Origin: Balanoglossus misakiensis
Lineage: Eukaryota > Animalia > Hemichordata
Assembly (NCBI GenBank): GCA_040954595.2
Contig: CM082580.2
Span: forward strand, 5,570,783 to 5,634,782
Direction: 5' to 3'
Length of the DNA stretch: 64,000 nucleotides
Each line of letters opens with the position of its first letter. Positions within the stretch are counted from its first letter, which is position 1. A program made the position numbers and the translations under genes. Below are positions 1 through 13,249 of the stretch, in pieces. The notes under the pieces are model-generated. The model was not told where the DNA came from. It made no database searches and saw only the letters and a program-made list of their open reading frames with translations.

Positions 1-3000
1 TCCCTTTTCTATCGACTGAAGATAAAAACATTATTGTCATAAAAATTCAATAAAACATCCAATTTATCTTTTTCTGAAGCTTCGTGTACCCTACTAAAGA
101 GATCGGGGGAAATGCGTTAGAGGTTATGTAATTGATTTTCTGATGATATACGTTATTATGTCTGTACGTCTAGCTCAGGCTGAAATCATTTGAGGATTGA
201 ATCGCTAAATTAAATATTCTAAGCGTGTACGTCTACAAACAAGCATTTATCACTAAAGCGTAATCTTCGAGTTTTATGTCAATAAAAAAGATAAAATGAA
301 ACATGAAGGGTGAGTGAATCTTGTCGTGAATGAATGTATTTTACAAATAAAATTGTTTCGGTTATGAAAGGTCATTACAATTACTCCGACAGGAGGCGCC
401 TCGCTGCATTCAGTGGTTTCGGTAATAAACATTGGCTCGACACTCGGCAACTATAGTACCCGCATTCGAAAATTCTGGTAATTACTTTTGTGTGGTTTAT
501 GATGTGAAAATCAACTAACTGCAACATGCAGTTTTGTGGTGTTCGTTAAAAGGTCAACTGAAAGCGCGCGCGCGCGCTAAAAGTCAGCCTCGTCGTGACG
601 TCGCCCGGACGAACTATAATCCATGAGCTATACTGTGTTATTCTGATATGAAAATTTTAACATGGTTTTATCAGTTTGGCGGATCTCCTCTCGCTGTCTG
701 CTCAGGCAGCCGCCGGTTGCTTCTTTCCACCAACCCGCTCTCTTCTTCTCGTTCCTGAATATTTATGAGCTGGCAGAGGAAGCATCAGCTATCCAATGTA
801 TCCCCGAGGGGGGAAATCCGTCTTGCTCACTCGCCTCACGCTTCTCAAGCACAGGCGGTGAGCTTTTGAAGAATCCATCTGGTGTGTTTAGTCATTTACG
901 CATGATTACCACTAACTGTTGTTGAAATCTGCGACGTGTGTGTGTGCAGTGTATGCGTAAGATGCAGTAAATGGCTGCATTAAAACATCAATCCCGAATT
1001 CGCTGTTAGATTTTGCGGGCAAGGTTCGCGAGTTTCAGGGATGACAGAACACGAGGGGAAAAACAGAACCTTTACGGCAATCTTGCACAGATCGATCAAT
1101 GTGAAAACATGTTCTCCATAACCGCCAGAGCTAACGCCTGTTAAACGCGATCGATGGGGCCGATCTCGTGCATCTCATTCAGGTACCAGACTACTCAAAA
1201 TTTAGAAAATTGCAATTTTCCTAATTTTGTTATATATTGTATATCAACGAATTTTAAATAAAATGGAAGAAAAAAATGGGGTGTTCCCTTCCTAATTTTT
1301 CAGTTAGGGGTCTCAAATTTTGTGGAAAATGTTCAGGAAGTACTTCTATCGTTCTCTTTAAGGTGAAAATATCAGCTCTATCAAAAAATAAGGGTGGCAT
1401 AGCGTTTTCTTTATAACGTTTAATAAAACTCCTCTTTTGGCACCTTTTGTGAAAATTTCAAGAAAATGACAATATTGTAACACTTTTCTCGAAATTCTAC
1501 ACGTATGGCTATGGAATGTGATAAAATGCACTGCATCTGGGTACGGCTGAACACGGGATGACTCTTACCCTGTTTTACAAAATGCCATCGAACGAAAATA
1601 ACACTACTACTGGGGGACTCATGCAAGACGCGATAACGCCTAAGCATGATCGACATCGCAATTATAGGCGGTTTCCATGGCCACGCGCAAACAGATGATC
1701 GGTTCGATAGCCTGATTGATACGGATATTTCACTTTTAGTGTAATCAAAGCGGGGTTTCTCAAAAGAAACGATAACGCGCACTTCAGCAAAAAACCTGAA
1801 GTCTGATAAACCACCTCGGGCATTTTTTTTTAATATTGCCGTCAGTGGAAATACAATGTCCGGGAAATTAGGAACTTACTGGAATAGGCCTATAGTAGTA
1901 TGGGTTTTTTTTTTAAAAACAATATTCTTATAGTATATTCTGAAGTGCAAAAGTACAAACAACTGTCCACCAGATTACCCACAGTTCACTTGTACTGAGA
2001 TTAAGGAAAACATCAAAAGCATGGAAAAAATGGCAATGACTGAATTTTGTGCCTCTACCTTATCCTCTGGCAGAAGTAATAAGCATCACTGTGTGTGTGT
2101 CTGTCTGTCTCTCTCTCCCTCTTCATTTTACGACGATTATATTCATTTTTAATACAAACATCAATTCTCGTGGACCAGGAATGGCTCACGTTTATGTCAA
2201 TAACGAACGCGGTGTCATTTAACGGCCAAAGAGACTATAAAATTGGTTTCACGGTGGGTTGTATTAGACTCGATGTCATCACAACATTAATTCCGTAGTG
2301 ACGACAAACAACAACCAAACAGAAACACTCAGACTCTGCTCTCATAGTGGTTTTACGCTCATGTCAACGATGAGATGTTGCAGAAACTACGACCAGAGAA
2401 TAGTAATTATTTTCCTTACATGCATACACATTTTTATGACTGGCTGAAACTGACGTGATTGGTCTATTCATATTCTACACAAATGTCATCTGTGTAGTCT
2501 CTTAATTTCTGTCGTTTATGTAACGTGTTGGCGGGAAATCATGTTGACATGTTTAATGTTTCATTATATCTTGCAGGATAGCATATCTCGGTTTTTGGAG
2601 GGGATTGTACTAGGGTTTTCGGAGGAACTAAGTAATGCTGAGACAAATTTAAATTCATTTAATCCTAGCCACATCTCGCCTAAGACTGGATTACACATTT
2701 TAACTGAATCGTGACCGTGGCGGTACTCTGCAATTCGATAAGACACGTGTAAAATCGATCATCCACATGTCCCAGGGTGAACAGATAGGCGTAGCGATGA
2801 ATTAATTTGCAATTTCTGTCACTATGTGGCTTTCATTTGAATGCATCCGGGTCAAGTGGCCGGGAAAGTCCGTGATATGACGCATGCGTAGTTGGCAGAG
2901 CCATCTCAAGAACTCCATTTGACTCCGATCTCTTAAAATCAACGGCTCGTGGTTACCTCATGGTTAGAAAACAGGGTTTATGTTTCCTAACATGATTAGG

Positions 3001-3828
3001 AAACAGGGTATCTACGAGTGCTTTACCTCAGTAATTGAAACGGTAGAATGATAAAACTGTTAAAGTCATGAGACAGAAGGATGTCAACAAGGCTTGTACT
3101 TGTACAATAAAGTATTAAGGTACTTAACACCGTGACTGCAGTATAAAGACGATGATAGCCCAGCGCTGCGTGTAGGAGTTTACTGATGTGGGAATAGGTT
3201 CAAAACTGGGCAAAATCTATGTGTGAGCTAAATTTGAATTTGAAAACGTGTGGCTTAACATTAGAGGTAAGGTGTGTCGCGTGTGCCACCCACTGAAAAT
3301 CTGTGATTGGCTAGATCTCATTTTGCCATGGTAATAAACTATAGCTAATTTTCCATACATGTAGGTGACCGTTAATTCACTCTTTGGGTGCTGAAGTCCA
3401 GGTTTGTTACTGTCTAGACTCACACATCACCCCCCCCCCCCCCTGGTTAGATAATCAGAGTAAAAGCAATTTCGTTACTCTGCAAGGGACGTCGGTGATG
3501 GCCACTCCGGTGGATTGCGTCTTGTCTACACGGGGTTCGTTAGTGAGCAACACAGTATATTATGTTGTTCCGCCGACCGGTTTAATACAGCCACAGTGTT
3601 TTCCCCGCGGGAAATCGCCTTTACTTTGATATCGTAATGGAAGAAGACCACTTTTAATGGAGTTTCGTGTCCTGGGTATGGGTGGCTGACAAGTAAACAT
3701 TTCAATATCGCTCCTGCAGGAAGTTGCATGACATTCATCGATTACCTCTTAAAAATGTAAGTCTTTCCCCATGTTCTTATTTTCGATGTTTCTACATAGA
3801 GAACGATAGGCCGATAATTGTGATAATG

Positions 3829-3850
3829 AGAGAGACAGAGAGAGAGACTC

Positions 3851-3914
<64 letters not shown>

Positions 3915-3935
3915 TGACTGACTGACTGACTGACC
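3829..3935 (+). repeat. Compound microsatellite (GA)n-(GACA)n-(GACT)n
   Basis: Direct reading of the sequence. Confidence 0.95.
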
Positions 3936-4679
3936 AAGATTGTGACCAAAACATCGTATTACGGCCCCAATCCGCCGTTAACACTGTGAACACTCCCTGT
4001 TATCGGATTCGACATGAGACTTGAACGATATGGCGATCTACAGTATTGCGATAGGAGGTGTCATCAGTCTTCGCGTGGGCATGTGGTTGAAGACCCCTCT
4101 CGACCGTAATGTAACGTCCATGATCACACACCAACATTAATTAGATTCGCGCAACATTCACTAGATTCGCACATACTAAGCCTTTTCCAAGGCGCCTTCA
4201 GGTGCCTGCGCCAGAGATGAGACCGTGATTACACACCGCGCGACGACACTTGGAGCGCGGGAATGGGGGTCTGCTTAGTTTCAAATGCATGGAATGTTTT
4301 TCCCGTGGCGATGGCGCTGAGTGGCTCGAGCGTCCTGTGTTTCAGTCCCGCGTAATCACGAATACATATTACCTGGGATTACTGCCGAACTTTGAAAAAA
4401 AATGATTGTTACGGAACAAACAGTTGACGTGTGGGATTCTCGCGCGTTCGGAGGCTAAGCTTTGCTTTTAAAACCCTGATTGTCGAAAAGAAATACGAAA
4501 AAGTGCCCGGGGATTTGACTGCCAATTTGACCGGAGAGGAACGCTTTGTATCGTCTGAGATGTGCTATGAAAATAGCTTCATTACAACAAAAAGCCGTAT
4601 TTGATTGCCCAGAGAAAAGAAATTCAATTTGTGTGAAAGGCCATTGAAGCTTAAAGAAGCAAGCTCTGCCTTCGTTACT

Positions 4680-4855
4680 TGGCACTTAAAGTTTGGAATA
4701 TCTAAGTGGTGAAGCCGAATTGTCGCCGTACGGCGGGTGGGTTTATAGGAGATGAGTGACACAAAATGTTGAATTTTGACAACACCATCCAACGAATGTA
4801 CAAGGATGTAGGGTCATATAGGAGTTCATGAAATTGACCTATTTTATGAAATAAA
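4680..4855 (+). repeat. Diverged interspersed repeat, related copy at about 7470-7675
   Basis: Both loci share ttaaagtttgga and aaggatgtagggtcatat.gg.gt.cat.aa..tgacct at similar spacing. Confidence 0.55.
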
Positions 4856-7800
4856 TTAACAACCCACAGAAAAATCTTGTATACGAAACTTAAACAGTGC
4901 AAAAAGTTTTCGATAGCAGTTCTTTTGAGGAGAGCAAAAAAATGCGCACACAATATTTTGCCAATTCAACTGTACTGTTGAGCTGGAGTGTTGACTGTTG
5001 GGTAATTGTGAGGCAACGTCACTTCCGCCTGGTTTGTCCTTCATTGGCCACCACCTGTCCTCTCCCTCTGCCTCTCGGTTTATATATCTCCTTTCGGGAT
5101 TTGGGAGGATGATATGTTTTCTGCACACGTCGATTTCACATGCTCGGTGATTGAGTTTCACGGTCGTAATCCACTCGCGTTTGATTGACCTTCGACTGTG
5201 AAACGCCATTTCGAATTTCGCACGAAATAACCGTTGTTTTTCTCAACGGGAATAATGACACAGTAACCGAAGCAACGGTGACAGGTTAAATTTTAAAGGT
5301 ATGTCCATGACGTCGGGCTACAAGATTAGCGATATTTGTTACTGCTATAGTCTGAAAATCGCATTTACGATTTTGAAAAGGAAAGCTACATCTCATACTT
5401 CGAGTACTCCTTTTTATTTCTGCCATTTTACGATATGTTTTCGTTTTATTAGCGAAAATAAAATAGAAATGCGAGACCTGTGTTTCAATCGACTGTAATA
5501 ATATGAGTAAGAAACGTCGTTTTTCGTTCGCCCCGGGGGTCGAAGGAGAAATAAATAGCTCAGGGTTACGGCAAGTTAGAATTGCAATGAAATGCAAGAG
5601 TCAACATTATACCTACAATTATTATAACTGTCTGAATGATCTGAAACTTGGGCACAACGTCAGCCTTTCTCTCTCCAAGAAGTTACTTTTTCACGCTCGT
5701 GTTATTCTCGGAACATAAACTCGTTAAAAGAAAACGTTCAAAATGCGTAGGAAGATTTGGCTGGATATACACCCATCAAGGAACTACAAGCGTGGTCGCT
5801 TAATAATCTGATCAACTTTAAAATATTAATCGCCATTCCTTAAATTACTGCCAATCTGCGGGTAACTGTGCATATTAGTGTCCATGGAAACATTATCCCG
5901 ATGGTTGTATGGGTAATTTTGCGCGGGATTACGATCAAAATCTGTAAATTTGGCGCTCCATTTCAATAAGTGCCAGTGTAATATTGCAATACGTTTTTTT
6001 ACCGGTCTTTGTAAAGCATTACCGAGGCAGCATGTTCTCGCGGGTGTAGTTTTGTTGATTAACGCAGATCGATCGTTGAACGGCTGCAGATGTTACGTGG
6101 GCATTAGCGAGTAATGGGGCGCGCTCTGCTTTGTCGATATTCGGCTGATCATGCAGGCAGGTCGCGGTCGGCTGTTTGTCGTTCGGGGGTTCGTTCACCT
6201 CGACAGTCGCTGGCTTGCGGCCGATAAAAGGATAAATTACAAGTGAAGATTGATCTGAAGTTATGGGGAAGTACCGGAGTTAACTTTTGAAGACCCTTCA
6301 ATATTTTTACACTATGAGTATACCCAATAATTACATGCGTGGATATATATATACGACCCTGTTTTTGTCAAACGAAGCGGCGCCACGAATCAAGAAAGTA
6401 GTAGGCGGGATAACAAACCCCGGAGCCCAGTGCAGCTGTCCTCTTTCGAGATTTTAGTGGTGGAATTATCGACTCCTTCTTCAAGGGAAGGTGCACAGCT
6501 GGTGTATATAACAATTGTTTGAAATGACCAGGGTTTTCTTTTATTATGCCGTAACTTCTAGTGATGAAGTTGATTGTGTTTTGAGAGTAGACGAGACTCA
6601 AATACATACATATACATACATTCATACAACCATATACCAGAGATCAAACCACTGCTTCTAGTATTTCCAAAGAATCGAACCTATCAACTATACCACTCGA
6701 TTGAATGGAACTGACATCGACAATGCCGGACATCGACATGGCATATATTTTGACATGAAAATCGACCAGAGGGACGAGGGCCAAGGTGAATGTCAAGGTC
6801 CGCTCTGCAACATCAATTGCTTTGCTGTTGTTTGTTAACATCGCCTCAACCTTACGACGTCAATATATCACATGTGCTAACATGACTTATCCGACTGCTA
6901 AGGAGTCGTTCGCAGAAATCAAAGCTTGGAGTGGAGAATATTGAAAGTGGGTCGTCCATATCGAACGGTTATATATATAGTACCCTTATATACACAACAT
7001 TCACAATATCCATAATCCAATAAATCCCTTGTTGCACTGCGAAGATTATATGTCAACTTCGTATATTAGTGATACCATTACAGATTTTGCTTAATGTCCC
7101 CTGGTGTTTACACAATATGACCGATGACGAAGACATTTCTTTGGCGCCATTAGAAAGTAGCGTTATCACAGCAAGCAAACTCTTACGTCTAATTTTCTTC
7201 GCGATGATTTCACAGTTATGCAATTTATCGAAATGTGTACACTTGCAAGGAAAAACAACCTCGGGGGAATTCTATCCAATATTGATTCCAAACCCGCAGC
7301 GACGTTGCGTGTTTGCGACGACGGGATCAATGTGTATAGGCCCTATGGTATTTTCAAGTTTCAATGTTACGTCGGATAAAGTCTGTGGGTATATATAAGT
7401 CTGATATCGCAAATTCTCTACCATTGTGTTTGCGATTGTGAATGAATGCGTCGCATCAGTAACATCTTCAAAGTTAAAGTTTGGATTTTGCTCCGCTTTT
7501 CACGCGTTTTTTTAAATAAAAATTAATTCAGTTTCAACAAAACTGCCCCGTTGAGAGACTTTACTCTGTGCAACCGATGGCTTTTTAGAATGATATCAAC
7601 AGTTGTTTTGCTGATAACATTTCCTGAGTTACAAAAGGATGTAGGGTCATATTGGGGTCATTAAAGTGACCTACTGGCGAAACTCAAAAATTCCTATCCA
7701 GCGACATATTATCCACATCGAAATTTTATATAGATAGATAGAAGAAATATCAGCGGCTAGGGTTTATTCGTAGATTATTCCACTGCATCACAACACAAGC

Positions 7801-10800
7801 TTATCATGCTCTAATTGGTCTAGTCTAGAGGGAAACCCATCTTCCCTGGCGTGTATATGTAATCAACCCGACTTCTTTTGAAATTGAATTGAAAGAAGAT
7901 ACAGAAACCATATGTTCTGTGATTCTCTAATCAAATCTTAATTTACCATGTCTTCAATTGAAAAAAAAACTATAACGTTTTGGTGCCTTGATGAAAACTG
8001 CAGCACAAGAAAATCGGCTGCTCGATATTTGATTCGCGCCAACGACTGACAATAGTTCATTTCCGGTTCAACAATGCACTGCGCGCTGCCAAGTACCAGA
8101 CGTCACGTTTGAGAAAGACTTAAAATACAATAATGCAATCATTTACACGTACAGAAGTGGGTGTATATCCAACGGAGCGATAATTGTGTCAGGCGTATAA
8201 GCAACTTGGATTCCTCCCCTACTCTGCTTATTATTTGAACTGAAAAAGCAGATTCCAAGACGTTTAAGATCATTCCCGTCGCGACCAGCGTCTCTCCATC
8301 TCACACGAACAATCGCACGTTTACCAAACAACACAAATTCCGCGGCTACACTCGCAGATCACCGCGAAGGAGCGTTCAGTTTCCATGGAAACAGTTTGAT
8401 CCCCGTTTTCAGTCGCGAGTGCGCGGGTTGATTTCAAGCGCCTTCTTGGCGTCGTGACGAGACCGATGTCGCGCTGTCGCAATTATGATCAACTGCTAAC
8501 AACCGAACGTTGCAGTAACATCACGTTTCAAAGAACTCGAGTGTCGCTTAATTTAGTGCGATTTCTGACGCTCCAAGTTAACGAGGGTGGTTGGCTTGTA
8601 TACTGCAGCGAGAAGACGAAGACTATCAACGGCAAAACAGTTTATTTTTCGTAGTTTCTAATACATCGAGATAATTGTACCGATGGCTTCCTGTCCAGCA
8701 AGTTACCATCCCCACGCGGTATTCAAGGTACTAAAATCAGTAGTCATCAGTAACATGGAGACATCGTGATCAAAACTTTTGCAATGCAACATGCAATTAA
8801 AGTGGCTTGCATAATGCGGTCAATGTTGGCCTGTTAAAGCATAACATTTCGATTTTTGTGGAGATATCTAGGAAAACGAAGCAGTACAGTAATTTGTATG
8901 AAAAAGAATGAAATGCCAAGTGGATATGTCGACATTTTCAACAGGGAAGTTTTGATGGTCGGTTACGTTTGTTGCCTATTAAATACATGCGACAAAGTTT
9001 AGACGTGGTGTCATTATTGTTACGAGAAGAGGCAGTATCCCGTGTTATTATGATGGCAAGTAGACTGTACTCGTAGGAGGGAAATCGTTGTCTGCCGGTC
9101 GTTTGAGACACATCCGCTAGACGTTTGGGATTCATTACTCGTTCGAAACCTCGAAATATAACCCACAACGCTGGCGAAATTGTCTGTAATAGATCCACAT
9201 AGTATCGATTATTCATTACATGTTTCCTACTCTGACTGTCGATTTGTCCCTGTGTGAAGTCGTACATGTGTTATTAATTTGATAATTATGAACCCGCAAA
9301 TCGGAGCGAACTTCTCAAAGTTCGTCTGTGAATTTCATTTATTTATTCGTTCATTCACTCATTAGTGAATTTCAAAGTTAATTTGTGAAGTCTATTTTTG
9401 AACTGGTGAATAAATAAATATGATATTTCCTCCATATGGCTCGCACGCTGCTACTATTAGACCCCAGCGAGCACAAAAACCATCGGCGGAATTCCCTCAG
9501 CATACACGCCGTCAATGATCTTATAGGCGTCCTTATTAGCGTCAATACGGTGACTAATCGGGCATGAAACAAGGGATTATCCCGCCATCTTGAGTTTCAT
9601 TAACGAGCAAGATTTACGCGGGCCGGGCAACCACATCCTGCCGGGGAAATTCTCAACACAGCTGGGCTAGCAGACCAATGATATCGTGTGTGCCTTTGCC
9701 GTGTCTGATATTGCATTGCCATTTACACCTATTATATTTACATTCGGGGCAAACGACACAATTATACATGTGAAAGGTAAGCGGTCAATGCATATGCAAA
9801 TTTAGCCACATGCTGCCGATCACAGATTTTCATTGGGTGGCCACACGAAAAACAATGCGCTCCTTCATGCTCATTCGAAGACTAAGGGTACGCCCTTAGG
9901 ACCATATATGGACATATGCTTATTAGATGCGATTATTCATCTGAATAAAACCAGTGGAACTGGAAAGACCAGGAACAAAAGACGGTGAAAGTTTAGTTAA
10001 CGTGAATACGAATCCGGGATTGAATGAAGATAGTGAGATAAAGTGGATTTTATCGCCATGTCTTGGCTTCACAATATGCGACTGATGACTGGGTTGTATA
10101 GCGGCCATAGCTGTCAGTAGAATCAAACGTCAGTTTCTGACAGCTCTATGCATCTCTCTATCTGAACACCTCCACACAGCGCCGCGCACCCCAGTAATAT
10201 AACAAAGGAGACAGAAAAGGCAATTCGGAAAGATGAATTGTTGTCTCGGCCTAATTTCAAGCCGTGACTCTATCTGACAGGTACGCCACCCAGGCCTGAC
10301 ATCACAGACCGCGATATTTCTTTCCCAATTTTTTGTGTGAAAGAGATGTACGCAGCGAGGGTTAATGGGGAAAACGTCTGTCTAGACGTCAGTTAATATT
10401 GAATTTTTTTTCTGGGTCCATTTCTTGACACGTTCTGGGAGACGTGGAGAGTTGAATTGAACGCGGCACTGTCAAAAGTCAAAACTTTCAATCTTGCGAC
10501 GTTAGCCCTGGACCCTCCGCTACTTATACACATCGGCGTGATTACTAGTCCTCTCGACGAGCGCTGTTGCCATGGCGACCCGCGCGCAGGGAGAGAACAG
10601 GCATCCATCGATTTGTTTATTGACCATATCTTCGCTGATTGGAAATAATGGTTTTGTCATTAGCGCGTGATCTTGTTAAACAGTTGATGCTATCAGCGGA
10701 TAATATTGAACGCGTGGTTCGGTCCATTTTTTGTACGTCTTACGTCGGATTAAGTTTGTCAATTTTGCCAAATGGATTTCGAATCCTTAACAAAATTCAA

Positions 10801-10985
10801 GCAAAGCGGAAATAACGAGACTGCTGTGAGCGGACAGGATAATTAAATGGTATCCGCAGCTGCTTGAGAAGAATTAAATACCTGCGCCATTTTCGTGGAT
10901 TTTCAGCGAAATCCAGTGGCGGAACAGTATTGAGTAATTGAAATGGGAACTACAAAGACAGACTACAGAAAATGTGTCTACTTAC

Positions 10986-11762
10986 CAAAACAGGTAACCA
11001 CGTCAGGTAAAATAACACCGCCACAACAATTACTAGACGAGTAAAATCTTTGAATGACTTCTTATCAAGGTACGTCTGCAGATTGGGATGTTTCAAGCGT
11101 TTCTTGTACTGTATTAAGTGTTTCAAGAGGAACCAGTTACACACTAAGACGGCGAACATGAGAATCCAGATGATGGCCAGCAGCATGAGCGGCAGAACGG
11201 ACTCGTGCCAATGTTCCGAGCGGATGAGCAGCCAGGACTGGCACAGCCGGCCGGCCGAGCTCACCATGACGGGCGCCGCGAGTCCGATCAGCGGCAGGGC
11301 CGACGCCACGATGGTGATGCAGTAGATGACGGCGATGGTGAGCAGGGCCCGGGAGGTGCGGCGGCAGTGGCGGTAGTACATGGGCCGCCACACGGCCACC
11401 AGGCGGTCGAACGACATAGCAGTGACCAGCAGCATGGCGGAGATCTGGAACCAGAAGAGGCAGAACTGGTAGAACTCGCACGTCGTCTTGCCGCCCAGCC
11501 ATCGCCTGTTGAAGTACGAGGGCAGGGAGACCGGCAGCGTGGTCAGGACGGCCAGGATGTCGTTCGTCGAGAGCGCGGCTATCAGGTAATCGGTGACGGT
11601 TCTCTCCGCCCGCCGCTTCACCCTGACGGCCACCAACAGGGGCAGAATGTTGGCCAGGAGGGTGACGATCTCCAGGACGGTGCTGACGGCGCCGGAAACG
11701 TCTCGCTCGGGGGAGGCAGGACTGGTGACGGTCTCGTATTGCGAGCCGTCACGATACGGCAT
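10986..11762 (-). CDS. Class A GPCR, prostanoid (prostaglandin E receptor-like) type; first coding exon covering TM1 to most of TM6; remainder not found in window
   Basis: ORF 10950..11762 has hydrophobic helices and class A motifs (LSTNDIL in TM2, WLGG..C, AMSFDRLVAV at DRY position, ALPLIG in TM4, FYLTWLP in TM6). Coding ends at donor TTG|GTAAGT (10985). An intron in TM6 is the known prostanoid receptor gene layout. Confidence 0.8.
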
Positions 11763-13167
11763 GGCGAATCCACCGTATGCCGTGCATTGTATTGACCTAC
11801 ACGCGTCTGTTTACGGTGGAGTCCAGCAACCACGGATCCCGAACTCAACACATTATATCCACTGTTCCCCACGATGTGTACGTATGCAATAATGCGATTT
11901 CTCAATCGTCCTTCCGGAACGCGCGGCGAGATTGACTTTCAGCGCGAGGTCACGAGTTTTACGAGATTTCCTTTCCAAGGTACATGTATGTAAAACGACA
12001 ATAGCAGTGCTCGGAAGATCGGTTAATTGAATATGCGTGTACCTCCTGTCCCCGCTCTGTTTCACCTGGACTCCACACCAACAAATTAGGCCGACCTATG
12101 GCGGGAAAAAATGAGAATACCTGCTAATGACCGTTCCCGGTTACGTCACAACTGAATTCTTCAACGGCCGAGCACACCTGTGATACCGCGGCGAGATCTG
12201 CTTTTGTGTACTACACGGTTTACTTCAGCAGCACGCACCAGGCTCTGCTTTGGCGACAGAAAGTAATCGTACAAAAATCGATTAATCTCGTCTTGAAAAT
12301 GTCCACGTCGAATGCAATACGCGGTCGCGTCTGTTTCAGTGCGACAAACCGTCCTTTTCCCAGAGACTGGTTTTTCTCTCTCTCTCAGAACCACCACCGA
12401 CAACGGTCTCCCGTAGTCCAATTAATCCACACAATAGAAGGCAGAAAACTTGGTCAGGGATACGGGTCTCCGGTTTCTTTCATCACGGCGGCACAGTTCA
12501 CGCGGGGACGCTCGCCGAGGGGGTAGTTCCCTCCGCTTCGTCTGACGGAGACGGTTTCCAAGACGACGCACATCCGCTGGGTTTTGGATAATCAAAGGTG
12601 TTCTTTGTCAGCGTGTTGGTGAAAACAAACCGTGCATGCTCCATTAAATGGCTCAGAAGACGACTTTTAAATTCCTCCCGCAAGAGCAAAGTATTCCAAC
12701 GTGATGTTTGTGTATAGCTACGCGTCTCCAAAACACATTCCCGCCGATTCCGACGACAGTTTTAAAGGTCTCCGGTAATCCTGGGGTTTACTCGGAAAAT
12801 CGACGATTCTGTCGTGACGGTTTTCTTCAAGTACTCGGGCCCAACGGATAGGTCGATCAGTGCGCATCTCAGTCGGCGCTCGTCTTGCATGCAAAGTGGC
12901 CCACGCGTGTATAGATAGTCAGCGCGCGCGCACTATAGCGTTGCCGATAAAACCCGTCTACTCAGCCCACTCCAATAATGTTATTATAGGCCAGTGAAGT
13001 GAATCTCAATCGATTAAAAGCTGCATGTCGAGCCGGGATTCCGATACTGTCATATGCGGATGTTCTCTGGACGTCTTCTCCGTCGATCGCCTCCAGAATC
13101 CTTGTTTACTGACGAAACTTCATAAACACAAATCCACATCCAAAACGCGATTATGCGCACGGTCACA

Positions 13168-13249
13168 CGAAGCGTATACCATTAATTTCGCGTGACAATG
13201 GATGCGCGACGACGCGAAGCGTGTATCATTAATTTCGCGTGACAATTGG
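13168..13249 (+). repeat. Local direct duplication with 47-bp period
   Basis: cgaagcgtataccattaatttcgcgtgacaat followed by cgaagcgtgtatcattaatttcgcgtgacaat. Confidence 0.85.

Noticed and set aside
1-1361. Possible right end of a TTAA-flanked non-autonomous DNA transposon (ends ...ctctttaa); similar hints at 5293-5843 and about 17866
   Set aside because: Matching left termini could not be demonstrated inside the window, so no supported call.
3724-3993. ORFs with QTDR/SVCL repeats
   Set aside because: Translations of the GACA microsatellite.
11050-11905. Several overlapping ORFs across the GPCR exon
   Set aside because: Expected in GC-rich coding DNA with few stops; no recognisable protein features.
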